The notes under the pieces were generated by a model. The model was not told the origin of the DNA. It worked only from the letters and a program-made list of their open reading frames with translations, and ran no database searches. A stretch of DNA of 64,000 bases from Scenedesmus sp. PABB004. Lineage: Eukaryota. This document shows positions 41,160 to 53,500 of the stretch, piece after piece. The stretch covers positions 1 through 64,000 of the forward strand of contig CM026547.1 of the NCBI GenBank assembly GCA_014905635.1, read 5' to 3'. Position 1 is the stretch's first letter, and each line of letters opens with the position of its first letter. Made by a program: the position numbers and the translations under genes.

Positions 41160-42377
41160 TCACGCGCCGAAGCCATAGTCGTCCAGCCCGCCGCCCCCGG
41201 CCCCGCGCCCGCCCGCGCCCGCGCCCCGCCGCTGCCGCGCGCCGCCGCCGCTGGCGCCGGCGGCGCCGCCGCTGGCGCCCGCGGCGCCGGGCGTGCGCGC
41301 CCGCACGCGGGTCGTCATCGCATGGCTGGGCGTCGCGGGCGCACGCGCGGCCGGGCCCTTGCCGCCGCCACCGCCGCCGCCGGCGGCGCGGCCCGCGACC
41401 AGCAGCTGCGAGCCGCCCCGCTCCGCGGCGGCTCGCTCGCGCTGCGCGGCGATGCGCGCCAGCAGGGCGCCGTCCTGCAGCTGCCAGTCGTACATGCCTG
41501 CGCGGGGGCGGCAGGGGGGCAGCGGCTCTGCCGCGCGGCGGTTTGCCGTGCGGGCGGCGCGCGCTGCCGGTCCCCCGCGCTGCCGATCCCCCCCGCGCGC
41601 CACGCACCCGGCATCCAGAGCAGCGTGCAGGCGGAGTCAAACACCCAGAAGCTGAGGAGCCCCAGCAGCGCCGGCACGAGCCAGCCGCCCTCGCCGCCGT
41701 GCGCGTCCGCGTGGCGCGCCGCGAGCGCGAGGCCGCGCAGGAGCTGCCAGAGGCGGTGGGGCCAGAAGAGCAGGGGCAGCACGGGCGTCATGACGCTGCG
41801 GTTGAGCACGCGCGTCTCGAGCGCGATCTGGGGCAGGAAGACCGCCAGGTACGGCCCCAGCGTCGCGGCCGCCAGGCCCGCGCTGCCGCCGCCGCCGCCG
41901 CCGCCGCGGCCGAGCGCGAGCGCGGCGCACAGCGCGGCGCCGGGCGCGAGCAGGCTGAGCAGCAGCGCGAGGCCGAGGTACCCGGGCGCAAAGCCCCGCG
42001 GCGTGACCTGCCGCCCGTCGCGCTCGACCCAGGCGCCGGGGTACGGCGCGGGCGGGCCGTCGCCGAGCTGCGCCGCCCTGCGCAGGCGGCGGCGCGGCGC
42101 GCGTGCGCGGCGGGCGCGCGTGCGCAGCGCGGCGCAGGGAGCAGCGCGCGGGCGCGCCCGCCGCCGCGCGCGCAGCTGCCGCTCGCCTGCTCTCCGCGTA
42201 GCACTGGGCGATCCACAGGAACGCCAGGGCGCCCGCCACGAACAGGGCATCAGTGGCGAAGAACGCCGCCGCCGCGCGCCACGGGCACGCGAGCGACGCC
42301 GGGCTGGCCAGCAGCCACAGCGCGACGGGCGGCGCGAGCCCGAGCACCACCATCACGGCGCCCGCAGCGGGCCACAT
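41160..42377 (-). CDS. Multi-pass membrane protein of unknown function
   Basis: Several hydrophobic helices (VMVVLGLAPPVALWLLA; FFATDALFVAGALAFLWI; YLGLALLLSLL; LLGLLSFWVF) over 3 exons; ends LDDYGFGA*. Confidence 0.7.
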
Positions 42378-42740
42378 AGCGCGGGGCGCGCGGAGGCCCG
42401 AGCGGCACGCACGACAGCGGTGATGCTGCTGCCGAGCTAGCTCCGCGCGCTGCACGGCCTGCGGGGCGTGGTCACGGTGTCGGACTACTCGCGGACTGCC
42501 GTCGACACCGCTGAAGCAGCCAGCTGGGGCGGGGCGGCTTTTGACGGGCGCGTGCCGCTGCTGCCGCCCCGTCGCCGGTCGCAGAACCACCACCGGCACC
42601 GCTCCGTTGCCGGCACAGGCCCCAGGCCCACCCACCCACCAGTCACGGTCGCGCCCGGCGCCGCCGGCACGCCGCGCCGCGCCGCCCCACACGCCGCGCC
42701 GCCCGCCCCGCTGGCGCGGTCAGAGCCGCTCCGGCGGCGC

Positions 42741-43316
42741 TCAGAGCCGCTTCGCGCGCGCGCTCTGGAAGCACACGCAGCCGAGGGCGAAGACCATCCA
42801 GGCGAGGTAGATGCCGCCGACGATGAAGCAGCTGCGCGAGCCCTCCGCGACCTGCTCCGCCGTGGGCGCGTGGTGCGGCGGCTCCTTCTCGTACCACTCG
42901 CCGATGAATCTGCGCGGGGGCGCAGGGGCGCGCAGGGGCGCGTGGTGGGCGCGCGCGCGCGAGCACCCGCGCGTGTGCAGGAGTGCTCCTGCACACGGGA
43001 GCGTCAGCTGCCTCTCTGCTGGGGCGCCGCCGCACGCCCGGCTATCCACCCGCGCTGCCCCTCCCCCCTCCCCGCGCCCGGCTGCCCGCGCGCGCACTGG
43101 TAGTTGTTCTTGATCAGCACGCCCAGCAGGAACATGAAGGACGCGCCAAACAGCGACGTGCCGGCGCAGAACGTGCAGCCTGCGCGGCGGCGGCGCAGCG
43201 GGGCGGCGTGGGCCCGCTGCCTGTGCGCCCGCTGCCGCGCCCGCTGCCGCAGCGCTCGCCCTGCAGCTGGCCCGGCGGCGGCGGGGCTCGCGCGCCGCAC
43301 CGGCGACGCCGCACAT
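42741..43316 (-). CDS. RNASEK: RNase kappa-like / V-ATPase subunit f small two-TM protein
   Basis: Spliced ~88 aa: MCGVAGCTFCAGTSLFGASFMFLLGVLIKNNYQFIGEW...SCFIVGGIYLAWMVFALGC; Cys-rich start and two TM helices match the RNASEK layout. Confidence 0.7.
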   Translation of the reverse strand: MCGVAGAAREPRRRRASCRASAAAAGAAAGAQAAGPRRPAAPPPRRLHVLRRHVAVWRVLHVPAGRADQEQLPVRARAAGRGEGGGAARVDSRACGGAPAERQLTLPCAGALLHTRGCSRARAHHAPLRAPAPPRRFIGEWYEKEPPHHAPTAEQVAEGSRSCFIVGGIYLAWMVFALGCVCFQSARAKRL

Positions 43317-43749
43317 CGTGCCGCGCTGCTGCTGCTCTGCGCGCCGCGGCGCCGCGCGGCGGCGATCTGGGCGCGCGCGCCGCCGCTGATCAGGCGTGTG
43401 CGGGCGGACGGGCTGGCGGCAAGGCGGACTGCGCGGGGCGGGGGCCGGGCTGGCTGTGTGGGCGGCGTGGGGCCCGGGAAAGGAGAGCACGGCAGCAGCT
43501 GCGGCCCCGCTGCGGCCCGCTGCAGCCCTTGCGCGTGCGGCCGCGCGGTGAGCTGGGCCGTGGCGCGGAGGGCGGCGGGACGCGGTGTGGGGCGGCGGGG
43601 CGGCGCCTGCGCGCGACAGGAGCTCAAAAGAACAGCAGCTCAAAAGAACCCGCGCGCCAGCCGGACCGCGTGGGACGTCGCTTCCACGCTGTACGCCACA
43701 ATCGCGTCACTGCGTGCGCCCGACGCCCGCGCCGCGCCCCTGGGGCGCC

Positions 43750-46700
43750 ATGGAGGACGGCGTGCGCGGCCTGGCGGAGACCTTTGCGCGCAGCATCCAG
43801 CCCGACCGGGTGCGTGGTGGGCGTGCGTGGCTGGGCCGCCACGCGCGCCCGATCGGGGGCCGCGCGCTCACGCCGCTCGCAACCGCCCCAGGATGCCATC
43901 AAAGCTGCCGAGGAGGCGCTCAAGGCGCTCAGCGCGCAGCCGGGCTACGCCATCGCGGTGCTCAAGGTGCGGCCCCATCGCGGCGCGCCACGCCGGGGCG
44001 CAGGCGCGGGCGGGCGCCGAGCGACGCGCCGCGGCGGCGCGTGCGCAGGTGATTGCCGGCGGCGACGCCCTGGGCGCGGACGTGCGGCTGGCGGCGGGCG
44101 TGAACTTCAAGAACCTGGTCAAGTACCGATGGGTGCGCTCGCCCCCGGCGCGCCGCGGCGAGCGCCGCGCACGCGGGCCGCGCGTTCGGGCCGCGACGAG
44201 CGCGGCGCCGCCGCGCTGCCCGCGCGCGCGTGCGCAGGTGCCCACCGAGCTGGCGCAGGAGTCGGGCACGCAGGCCATACCGGACGCTGAGAAGGTGCGT
44301 GCGGCGCACGGCGGCGGCGCAGCAGCAGGCGGCAGGCGGCAGCAGCAGGGCAGCAGCGGCGCTGCCGAGACGGGCAGCTCCAGCGCGAGCGCGCCGCACG
44401 CAGCAGCGGCCGGCGCCGGGGCGCCGTGGAGCGGCGCACAGGGCAACGGCTGGGACCGCGCAGCGCGAGCCGGGCCTGCCGCCGTGCCCCTGTAACCGCC
44501 GCAACCGCCCCCGCGTCCGCGCCCGCAGGCCCAGATCAAGGGGCTGCTGCCGGGGCTGATGCTCAGCACGCCGCCGCTCATCCGCGCGCAGCTGAGCGAG
44601 GCGCTGTCCATCATCAGCGGCCACGACTTCCCCGCCGCCTGGCCGCAGCTGCTGCCGGAGCTGGTGGAGCGGCTGGGCGGTGAGCGCCGTGCGACGGCCC
44701 CGGGCGGCGCGGCGGCTGCGCGCCGCAGCGCGCCCGGGCGGCAGCAGAGCGCCGCGGCCGCCCCGGCCGGCCGCGCGGCGCGCAGGCGCGGGCGAGGACC
44801 TGGCGGTCGTGTGCGGCGTGGCGGCGACGGCCAACAGCATCTTCAAGCGCTACCGCAACCAGTTCAGCAGCAACGCGCTCGTCGCGGAGCTCGCGGTCAC
44901 GCAGGCGCGGCGGCGCCGCGGGGGGCGCGCCGCGGCGGCCCGGCCCAGCTGCGACGCGTGCACGCGCGCGGCCGACCCCGCCCCCTGCCCGCGGCGCGCC
45001 GCGCAGGACGCGTTTGCGCCGGTCGCGCTCGCGACGATGCAGCGCCTGGCGGGCATGCTGCCGGGCGTGGCGGCCTCGGGCGACCTGCCGCGCCTGCGCC
45101 AGCTGCTGGGCGGCGCGCGGCTGCTGACGCGCATCTTCTACAGCCTCAACTCGCCAGGCCTCACGCCGGTGCGGCGGCGCGCGCGCAGCGGCGGCGCGCG
45201 CGGCGGTGGCGGCGGCCGCGCGGCCGCGGCGGCGGCGGCAGCGGCCGTGCGGCCCACGCGCCCGCGCGCGCGCGCGCGCCATGTGCGCAGCTGATGGAGA
45301 GCCAGCTGGACGACTGGATGGCGGCGTTCCACACCTTCCTCACCTTCAGCCACCCGGGCCTCGACGCGGAGGACGCGGGTGGGCGGGCGGGCAGGGGCGC
45401 GACGCGCGGCGCAGCAGCGCCTGGGCGCGGCGGCTGCACGGCAGGGCGGCGCCCGGGCGGCGTAGCTTTGGCCCCGCCGCGCCGACGGCCGCCCGCGCTC
45501 GCCGCGCCGCCCCGCCGCGCGCCGCCGCCGCTGCCGGCGCCAGCGGGCGACCCCGACCGCGAGGGCGCGAGCGCGGGCGTGAAGGCAGCTGTGTGCGGCG
45601 TGGTGGACCTGTTCATGGCGCTGAACGAGGAGGAGTGCGCCAAGTACCTGCAGACCTTCGTCACAGACGTCTGGCACCTCCTCGTCGCGGTGCGGCGCGG
45701 CGCGACACACACACACACGCGCGCCGCGCACGCGCACGCGCGCGCCCGCGCGCCCGCGCGCCGCCGGGATCAGCGCCGCGCCCACGCCGCGTCCGCGCCG
45801 CGCACGCCCGCGGAAAGCAGGTGTCGCCGCGCGCGGGCGACGACCGGCTGGCCATGTCTGCCATCTCCTTCCTCACCACCGTCGCGCGCAGCGTGCACGC
45901 AAAGCTCTTTGCCGACCCGGGGGTGCTCAAGCAGATCTGCGAGTCCATCGTGCTCCCAAACCTGCGCGTGAGGCGTTGCTCGGGGATGGGGGTGGAGCAC
46001 GGGCGGCAGGGGGGCGCGCTTCCTCCCCGCGCGCCGCCGCCGCCGCCCCCCCCCCCCACACACACACACACCACCACCACACCCACCACCAGGTGCGGAG
46101 TGAGGACGAGGAGGTGTTTGAGGTCAACCCCGTGGAGTACATACGCCGCGACATCGAGGGCAGCGACAGCGACACGCGCCGCCGCGCCGCCGCCGACCTC
46201 GTGCGCGCGCTCACGACCGCGTTTGAGGCCGACGTGACGGCGCTCTTCACGGGCTACGTCGCCGCGCTGCTCGCGGTGCGCGGCGCAGGGGCTGGGCGGT
46301 CGGGGGTCCGGGGCGGCCGCGCCGGCGCCTGCGCGCCGGTGGCTGGCCCGCGGCAGCGCCCCCACGACACCCCCCCCCCTTCGCCCCGCCCCGCGCACGC
46401 GCGCCGCAGGAGCACGCGGCGGACCGCAGCGGGTGCGGGTGGCGGTCCAAGGACGCGGCCGTGTTCCTGGTCATGGCGGTCACGGTCAAGGGCAAGACGG
46501 GCGAGCGCGGCGCGACGACCACCAACGCCCTGGTCAACATCGGGGACTTCTTCGCACAGCAGGCGCGCCGCACGCGCGCGCGGGCGGCGCAGACGGGGGG
46601 AGCTGGCCTGGGCGCGCGAGCGGGGCGGCGGAGGGCGCGCAGCCCCCCTGCGGCCCGCGCAGCCCCCCTGCGGCCCGCGGGCGCGCGGCCCAGCAGCGCG

Positions 46701-48904
46701 CCGCCGCGCCGTGTGTGCGTCGCCGCCGTGTTCGCCGCAGGTGCTGCCCGAGCTGCAGGACCCTGACGTGAACGCGGTGCCCATCCTCAAGGCCGACGCG
46801 CTCAAGTTTGTGACAACCTTCCGCAGCCACCTCCCCGCGGCGACGCTGCTCGCCCTGCTCGGCCCCTGCACGGCGCTGCTGCGCAGCGAGGCGGTCGTGG
46901 TGCACAGCTACGCGGCGCACGCGATCGAGCGCTTCCTCGCGCTGCGCGAGGGCGGGCGCCCCAAGTGAGCGCCACGCGCCCCCGGACGCGCCGCGCGGTG
47001 CTGCGGCGGCGGGCGCGGGCGCGGCGGCGGGCGCGCGTCCGCCCGCGCCCTGCGCGCGCCCACAGCTGCCGCCGCACGGCGCTGCGCGGCGCAGGCTGGC
47101 CGTGTCGGACGTGCTGCCGGTCGCACAGCCGCTGCTGTCGGGCCTGTTTGGCGGCTTTGGGCACCCCGACAGCGGTGAGAATGAGTACCTCATGCGCGCG
47201 GTGGTGCGGCTCATCACCTTCCTGGGGCCACAGATGGCGCCCGTCGCGCCCATGTGCCTCAAGGTGGGCGGGTGTGTGTGTGTGTGTGGGGGGGGGGGGG
47301 TGGCGACAGGGCGGAGCGCGCGCGAGCGGGCACGGCAGCCCCGCCCCGCGGCGCCGCCCGCCCTCACGCGCCGCCCTCCCGCGCGCCGCCGCCGCGCCCC
47401 CTCCCTCCCGCGGTGCGGCCCAGGCGCTGGCGGACATGCTGGTTGAGGTGTGCAAGAACCCTCGCAGCCCGGGGTTCAACCACTACCTGTTTGAGGCGGT
47501 CGCGGGCCTCATCCGCGCGGGCGCGGCCGCCGACCCGGGCGCGCTGGCGTCGTACGAGGCGACGCTGTTCCCCGCCTTCGACATCGTGCTCTCCAACGAC
47601 GTCCAGGCACGGCCACGTGCACAGGGGGGGGGGGGGGCGGGACACGGCAGCGGTGGCGGCGGCCGGGGCCGGGTCCCTGACTCGCCCCTCACCCCTCTCC
47701 CTCACCCCCCCCCAGGAGTTCCACCCCTACGTCTTCCAGATCCTCGCGCAGCTCATCGAGCTCAGCAACCCGCCGCTCGCGCCGGTGCGCAGCGCGCAGC
47801 ACACAGCGCGCAGCGCCCGCCCCGCACGCGTTCCACCGCTGACGCTGACGCGCGCTCTGCGCGCCGCTGCTGCCGCTGCTCCCCAGGCCTACATGGCCAT
47901 CTTCCCGCCGCTGCTCACGCCCGTGTTCTGGGAGCGCCCCGGCAACGTCCCCGCGCTCACGCGCCTGCTGGCCGCGTACCTCGCCAAGGCGGGGCAGCAG
48001 GTCGCAGAGGGTGCGCGCACGCCGCGCCGCGCACCTGCGCACCGCCGCGCGCGCCTGTGCGCCGCCGGCGCAGCGCCGACGCCCCGCCGCCCGCCCGCCT
48101 GCTGTGCGCGCAGGCCACCTGACTGCCGTGCTGGGCGTGTGGCAGAAGCTCATCGCGAGCCGCGCGCACGACTGCTACGGCTTTGCGCTGCTCGGGGCCA
48201 TCCTGGACAGCCTGCCGCCGTCGGCGTACACCCAGTACCTGCCCACGGTGTGGCAGCTGCTCTTCACGCGGCTGCAGGGCTCCAAGACGCCCCGCTTCAC
48301 GCGCGGCTTCACGCTCCTGCTCGCGCGCGCGGTGTGCAAGCTCGGCGTCGACGGCGTGTCGCGCAGCATGGACGCGGTGCAGCCCGGCATCCTGGCCATG
48401 ATCCTGGGCCAGGTCTGGGTGCCCAGCCTGGCGGGCGTGGAGGGGGCGGAGGAGGGCAAGCTCGTCGCGGTCGCGGCGACCAAGCTGCTCACCGAGAGCG
48501 CCGAGCTCTACGCGCAGCAGCCGCTCTGGCAGGCGCTGCGCGGCGCGCTCGACGCCAAGCTCAAGGGTGCGCGGCGCGCAGGAGGCAGGGATGGGGGGGA
48601 CGGGGGGTGCTGCTGCGCGACGCGCGCGGGGCCCGCCGCCGCCGCGAGGCGCGCTCACGCCCCCGCTCTCACGCGCGCCCCTCGCGTGGCGCGGCGCGGC
48701 GCAGGCACGGACGCGGGCGGCGAGCAGGAGGACGCCGGCGACGACGGCCTGGACGAGCTCGGCGGCGGCTACAGCGCCGCGTACGCGCGGCTCGCCAACG
48801 CGAGCGTGCCGGAGCGGCCCGTGCTGACGGAGATCGCCGACCCCAAGCAGTTTGCGGAGAGCCGGCTAGCCAGCTTTATGACACGCATGGGCGCGACCGG
48901 CTGA
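43750..48904 (+). CDS. CSE1: Exportin-2 (CSE1/CAS) importin-alpha re-exporter
   Basis: [105 protein letters not shown]. Confidence 0.97.
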
Positions 48905-49037
48905 CTGACGCCGGCGCGGCCCGCTGTAGGTGCAGGCGCGGGCTCGGCGGCGGCGGGCGCTGCGCAGCTGCGCGCGCCCGCGCTGCGTAGGCTAGGGGCA
49001 GAGCGGCGCGAGGTTAACGCCACCGCGGCCGCCGCCG

Positions 49038-50543
49038 TCACCCTGCCACGGGCTTGCCGCCGCCGCCCGGCGCGGCGGCGCCGAGCAGCCGCCGCCGCTC
49101 GCCGCGCTCGCGGCGCGCCAGCATCTCCTCCGCGATCGCCGCCTCCGCCTCGGCGCCCAGCCCGCAGCCGCGCACCTCCAGGGCCAGCAGCCCGGCGTTG
49201 GCGCCCAGCGCGGCCAGCAGCTCGGGCGCGAGCTGCTCGCCGAGCGCGTTGGCGCTCACGTCCAGCGCGGTGAGGCTGCGGCAGGCGCGGAGCATGCTCG
49301 CCAGGCTCGCTGCGAGGCCGACGCCCGCGCCGTTGCCGCCGAGGTGCAGCCGCTCCAGCGGCGCCGACGCGCGGCCGGCCGGCGCCGCCGGCTGGCCCGG
49401 CAGCACGTGGCCGCCGCCGCCGCTGCCGCTCGCCGAGGCGCCACCGCCCGCGCCGCTGCTGCCGCTGGCAGTGCTGCCGCCCCCCGCGCTGCTGCCCGCG
49501 CCGCCCGCGCCGCCGGCGCCGCAGGTCGCGGGGGCGTCGCCGCCCGGCGGCGGGTGGCAGAGCGCGTCGCAGATCGCGGCCGCGCCGTCGTCGCCGAGGC
49601 GGTTGAGGCGCAGGCTGAGCGACGTGAGCGCGCGCGACGCGCCGAGGCCGCGCGCAAGCGCGCGGCCGCCGCCGGCGCGGAGCTGGTTGTCGGACAGGTC
49701 CAGGTCCGCGATGACGCTGCCAGGGCCGAGCAGCTGCGCCAGCGCGCGTGCGCCGCGGTCGCCAACGCGGTTGTGCGACAGGTCGAGGTCGGTGACGGTC
49801 GCGTTGTCGGCCAGGCCGCTCGCGAGCATGCGCGCGGCGTCGTCGTCGATGCCGTTGTTGGGCAGGGCCAGGCGCACGAGGCACTCCGCGCCCGCCAGCC
49901 CGCGCGCGAGGCCGCGCGCGTCGGCGAGGCTCATGCCCATGTCGCCGGGTGCGTAGTCCATGCCCAGCGCGCGCGGGCCAAACGCCACCGCCAGCGCGGC
50001 GGGGCGGCCGCGCAGGTCGTCGAGCAGCAGCTCCGCGTCGAGGTGCGACGGCAGCGATGCGAGGCGCAGGCCGTGCACGAAGCGGCGGCTCACGGCGATG
50101 AGCCGCCGCAGCGCCACCAGGTCGCCCGAGGCCGCGTCGTACCTGCGTGGCGCGCTTGGGTGGTCCACAGGGCAGGGGCGGGGGCGGCAGCGCGGCCAGC
50201 GCGCCCAGCGCGCCCAGCGCGCCCGAGCGCGGCGGCCAGCGCTGATCACTCACGCCTCGAGCGCCTCGGCGAGGTTGCGCTCCAGGAACAGCTGCTTCCA
50301 GCTGCCGCCGTGCTCGGCGACGACGCAGTTGCGCCAGCGCGCGAGCGCGCGCCGCCGCCAGTAGTCCTCGTCCGCGAACAGCGCGGCCGCGGTCTCGAGC
50401 TCCAGGTCGGTCGGCAGCGCGGCGGCGACGGCAGCGACGAGCCCCGGCCCCAGCGGGCCGAAGCCGGGGCGGTCCGGGAAGGCCGTGGCCACCTCCCTCA
50501 CGCACAGGTCGCGCAACAGGGGGACCATCGCGGGCGCCGCCAT
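49038..50543 (-). CDS. DRC5: Dynein regulatory complex subunit 5 (TCTE1/DRC5), LRR protein
   Basis: VPLLRDLC...LPTDLEL...DEDYWRR...HGGSWKQLFLERNL, LPSHLD, GMDY...GMSLAD, then RI-type LRRs (LDLSHNRVGDRGARALA; LSLRLNRLGDDG); one intron at ~50142-50253. Confidence 0.9.
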
Positions 50544-53500
50544 CTCAGCGGCGAGCGAAGCGCGCCGCTGCTGTCGGCGCGCCGCCCGGGCGGCGGCAGG
50601 CCGCGGGTCGCTGCCCGGGAGAGGCCAGACGTAGGTGAGGCGCCGGGAGATGCCGCTGGGAGGGCCTGCACCTCGCCGCGCGACGGTGCGGGCCGCTGCG
50701 GCAGGCGAGCGGCGCCGCTCGCCTGCGCGCCGGCGCGCGGGCAGCTCCGGGCGCGGCGAGGCGAGGGGGGCGTACGGGCGCGTCGGGAGCTGCTATAATC
50801 TAGCCAGGAGCACGATTCGCGAACGAGCGGGCGCGTGCCGGCAGACGCGGGGGTCAGGCGGACCGGCGCGCCAGCCGCGTGTTTGACCGCGATGCCGACG
50901 CCGCCCGTTTGCCGCACACCGTCAAAAGCTCGCCCCACCGTTGCCTGGGGGCGCCCTGATGCTGCCTCCAGCGCTCCGGGGGAGGCGCGCTGCAGCGGCG
51001 ACGCCGGCCGCGCCATCATGGCCGCCAGCGGCAGGCGGCCCACGCCCGGCGGCGGCGAGCGCGCCCCGTCGCTGCTTTCCTCCAGCCGCGCGACGCCAGA
51101 CGCCGGCTGTGGCGCGCTGCCCCCATCTGCCACGTCAATGCTGCCACCGGCGCCAGGCGTGCTGCCGGTGCCAACGCCGTCACCGCCACCACTGCTGCAG
51201 CCGCCGCTGCCGCCGTCGCCGCTGCCGTCGCTGCCGCCAGCTGCGCTGCTGCTGCGGGGCGTGAGCGCGCTGCTGCCGCGCGGCGTCGCCGCCATGCCCA
51301 CGAGGCGGCCGTGCGCGACGAAAAAGGCCAGCAATCGGCTGTACGCCGACCACGCCTCGCCCGGCGGCGCGCGCGCCTCGAGCAGGGCGTCCAGCTTCTG
51401 CACCAGGCCCAGCTGGCCCGAGACCTCCGACGCCAGCGCGGGCGTGCGCGTCGCCGCCGTGCGCAGCAGCTCCTGCACCGTGGGCTTGACGGAGCGCCAG
51501 CAGTCGGACAGCAGCCTGTCGGCGGCCGGGCGTGGCGGCGGCGGGTCCGAGGCTGCGGCGCGCAGCACTGCTAGCACTGCGCGCTCGCACGCTGCACACA
51601 GCACACAAGCCCGGCCCCACTGACCTGTGCTCGCTGAACGACGGCCGTGCGGGCATGGCCGGCTGCGGCCGCAGGTGCGCGCCGCAGCCCACGAGCCCCG
51701 CGTCCAGCAGCGCCGCCGCGCAACCGGCGGGGCTCACCGCGGCCGCGCCCGCGCCGCTCGCGCGCAGCGCGGCCGCAAACAGCGCCGCGCCGCGCTCCGG
51801 GTCGGCTGCGAGCGCGGACGCGGCGCTCGGCGCCAGCTGCAGCAGCACGGAATCGAAGTCGGCCGCAAGCGCCACGCCGCGGCCCCGGGCGTCAAACATG
51901 CGGAAGAGCGCCTCCAGCTGCGCGGCGTCGGCGGCGCGCTGCGCGGCCCACGCGGCCGCAAACACGCCCAGCGCGTCGTCCAGCGCCACGGGCGCGTCGT
52001 TCGCGCCGCCCGCGGCGGCGGCCATGGCCGCGGGCAGCTGCGCAACCGCCTCGCACGCCGGCGCGAGCGTGGGGTGCAGCACCGCCGCCGCGACTGCCGC
52101 GGCCGTGCGCGCGAGCACCTCGCTGCGGCCGTCAGCCTCGCCCGTGAGCGGGCCGCACTGCGCGTGCAGCTGCGCCAGAAAGTGCACGAGCGCGCCCACG
52201 CCCCCCGCTGGGAGCGCCGGCTCCAGCAGCCCCAGGCACCGGCCGAAGAGGCGCGCGCGCGGCGGCCGCCCGGGCCCGGCGCCCTTGCGCAGGGCCGCCA
52301 CCAGCGCGGAGCAGTGCGCCTCCACCGCGAGCGGGCCGCCCAGCCTGCGCGCGCGGGGGCGGCGGCGTGAGCGGGGGCCGCTGCGACACGCTGCGACGGC
52401 CACCGGCCGGCCGCGGCGGGGTGCGCGCGCGCCGTGTCATGAAAAAGCCATGCACGCAGCCCTCGAGATCGCGCCGCGCGTCGCCGGCGCGCCAAGCAGC
52501 CACCAGGGCGCGCCCCTTGGCGCTGGGGCCGTCGTCGCCGTCGTCGCCCGTCGCGGGCTCGGCGCCCGCCCGGCACGCGGCGTCCGCGTCGGCCGCGGCA
52601 TCGCAGCCAATTTTGTGCAGCAGCAGCTGGGACACCAGCGCCGCCAGGCCCTCCGGGCTGCTGACCAGCGCCAGGCCGGGGACGCTCACCGGCAGCGCGC
52701 ACGCTGCGGGCGCGGCCGGCGGCGCGGGCGGGTGAGCATGGCCGCCCGGCCCCAGTGCTGCACCCCACTGGCACCTCGCGCACCGGAAGCGCCAGGGGCG
52801 CAGTCGCCGGGCCCGCCCCTGTCGCACAGAGCGGAGCGTGCCGCGGCCCAGGCACCGCGCTCTTGATGGAGGTGCAGCCAGCGAGCTCCGCGCGGGCCGT
52901 CGGGGCCGCCGGCGCCGGCGTCGGCCAGGGACAGGCTGCCCCCGCCCCCGCTGCTGCAGCCTCTGCTGCCGCCGCCACTGCTGCTGCCTCCCGGCCGCGG
53001 GCTGGGCACGCTGCCTGCAAGGCTGCCGCGGTCGCTGAGAGGCCGCGACGGCAGCGCGGCGCCCTCGGCCGCGCTGAGCGCGTGCCGCGTGCCCTGCCGC
53101 AGCGCAGCAGCCTCCGCGGCCATCCACTCCAGCGCCGTCTCGAGCTGCGCGCAGCGCTCACGCAGCGCGGCCAGCGCCTCGCCCGCCGTCCTCGCTGCGG
53201 ACATCGCGCGCGCGCGGTCGGCTCCGCTGCGCTGCTCCGCCGCCGCGCGGTCCGCCGCGTGCTTGGCCTCCAGGGCCTTCAGCGTGGTGCTGACCGTCTG
53301 CGGGGCAGCAGCGGCCGCAGCACTGGCAATCGCCGCCGCACCGCACCCGAGGCGTCCGTGCCTCCAAGGCGCCCCCACCCTCGCGCACCTGCTTGGCGGC
53401 CTCCAGCTCCACGCCCAGCGCCGCGGCGCGCGCCTCGCACTCGCTGGCGCTGCGCCGCATGCGCTCGCGCTCTGCCTTCAGATTAGACACCTCGACCTGC

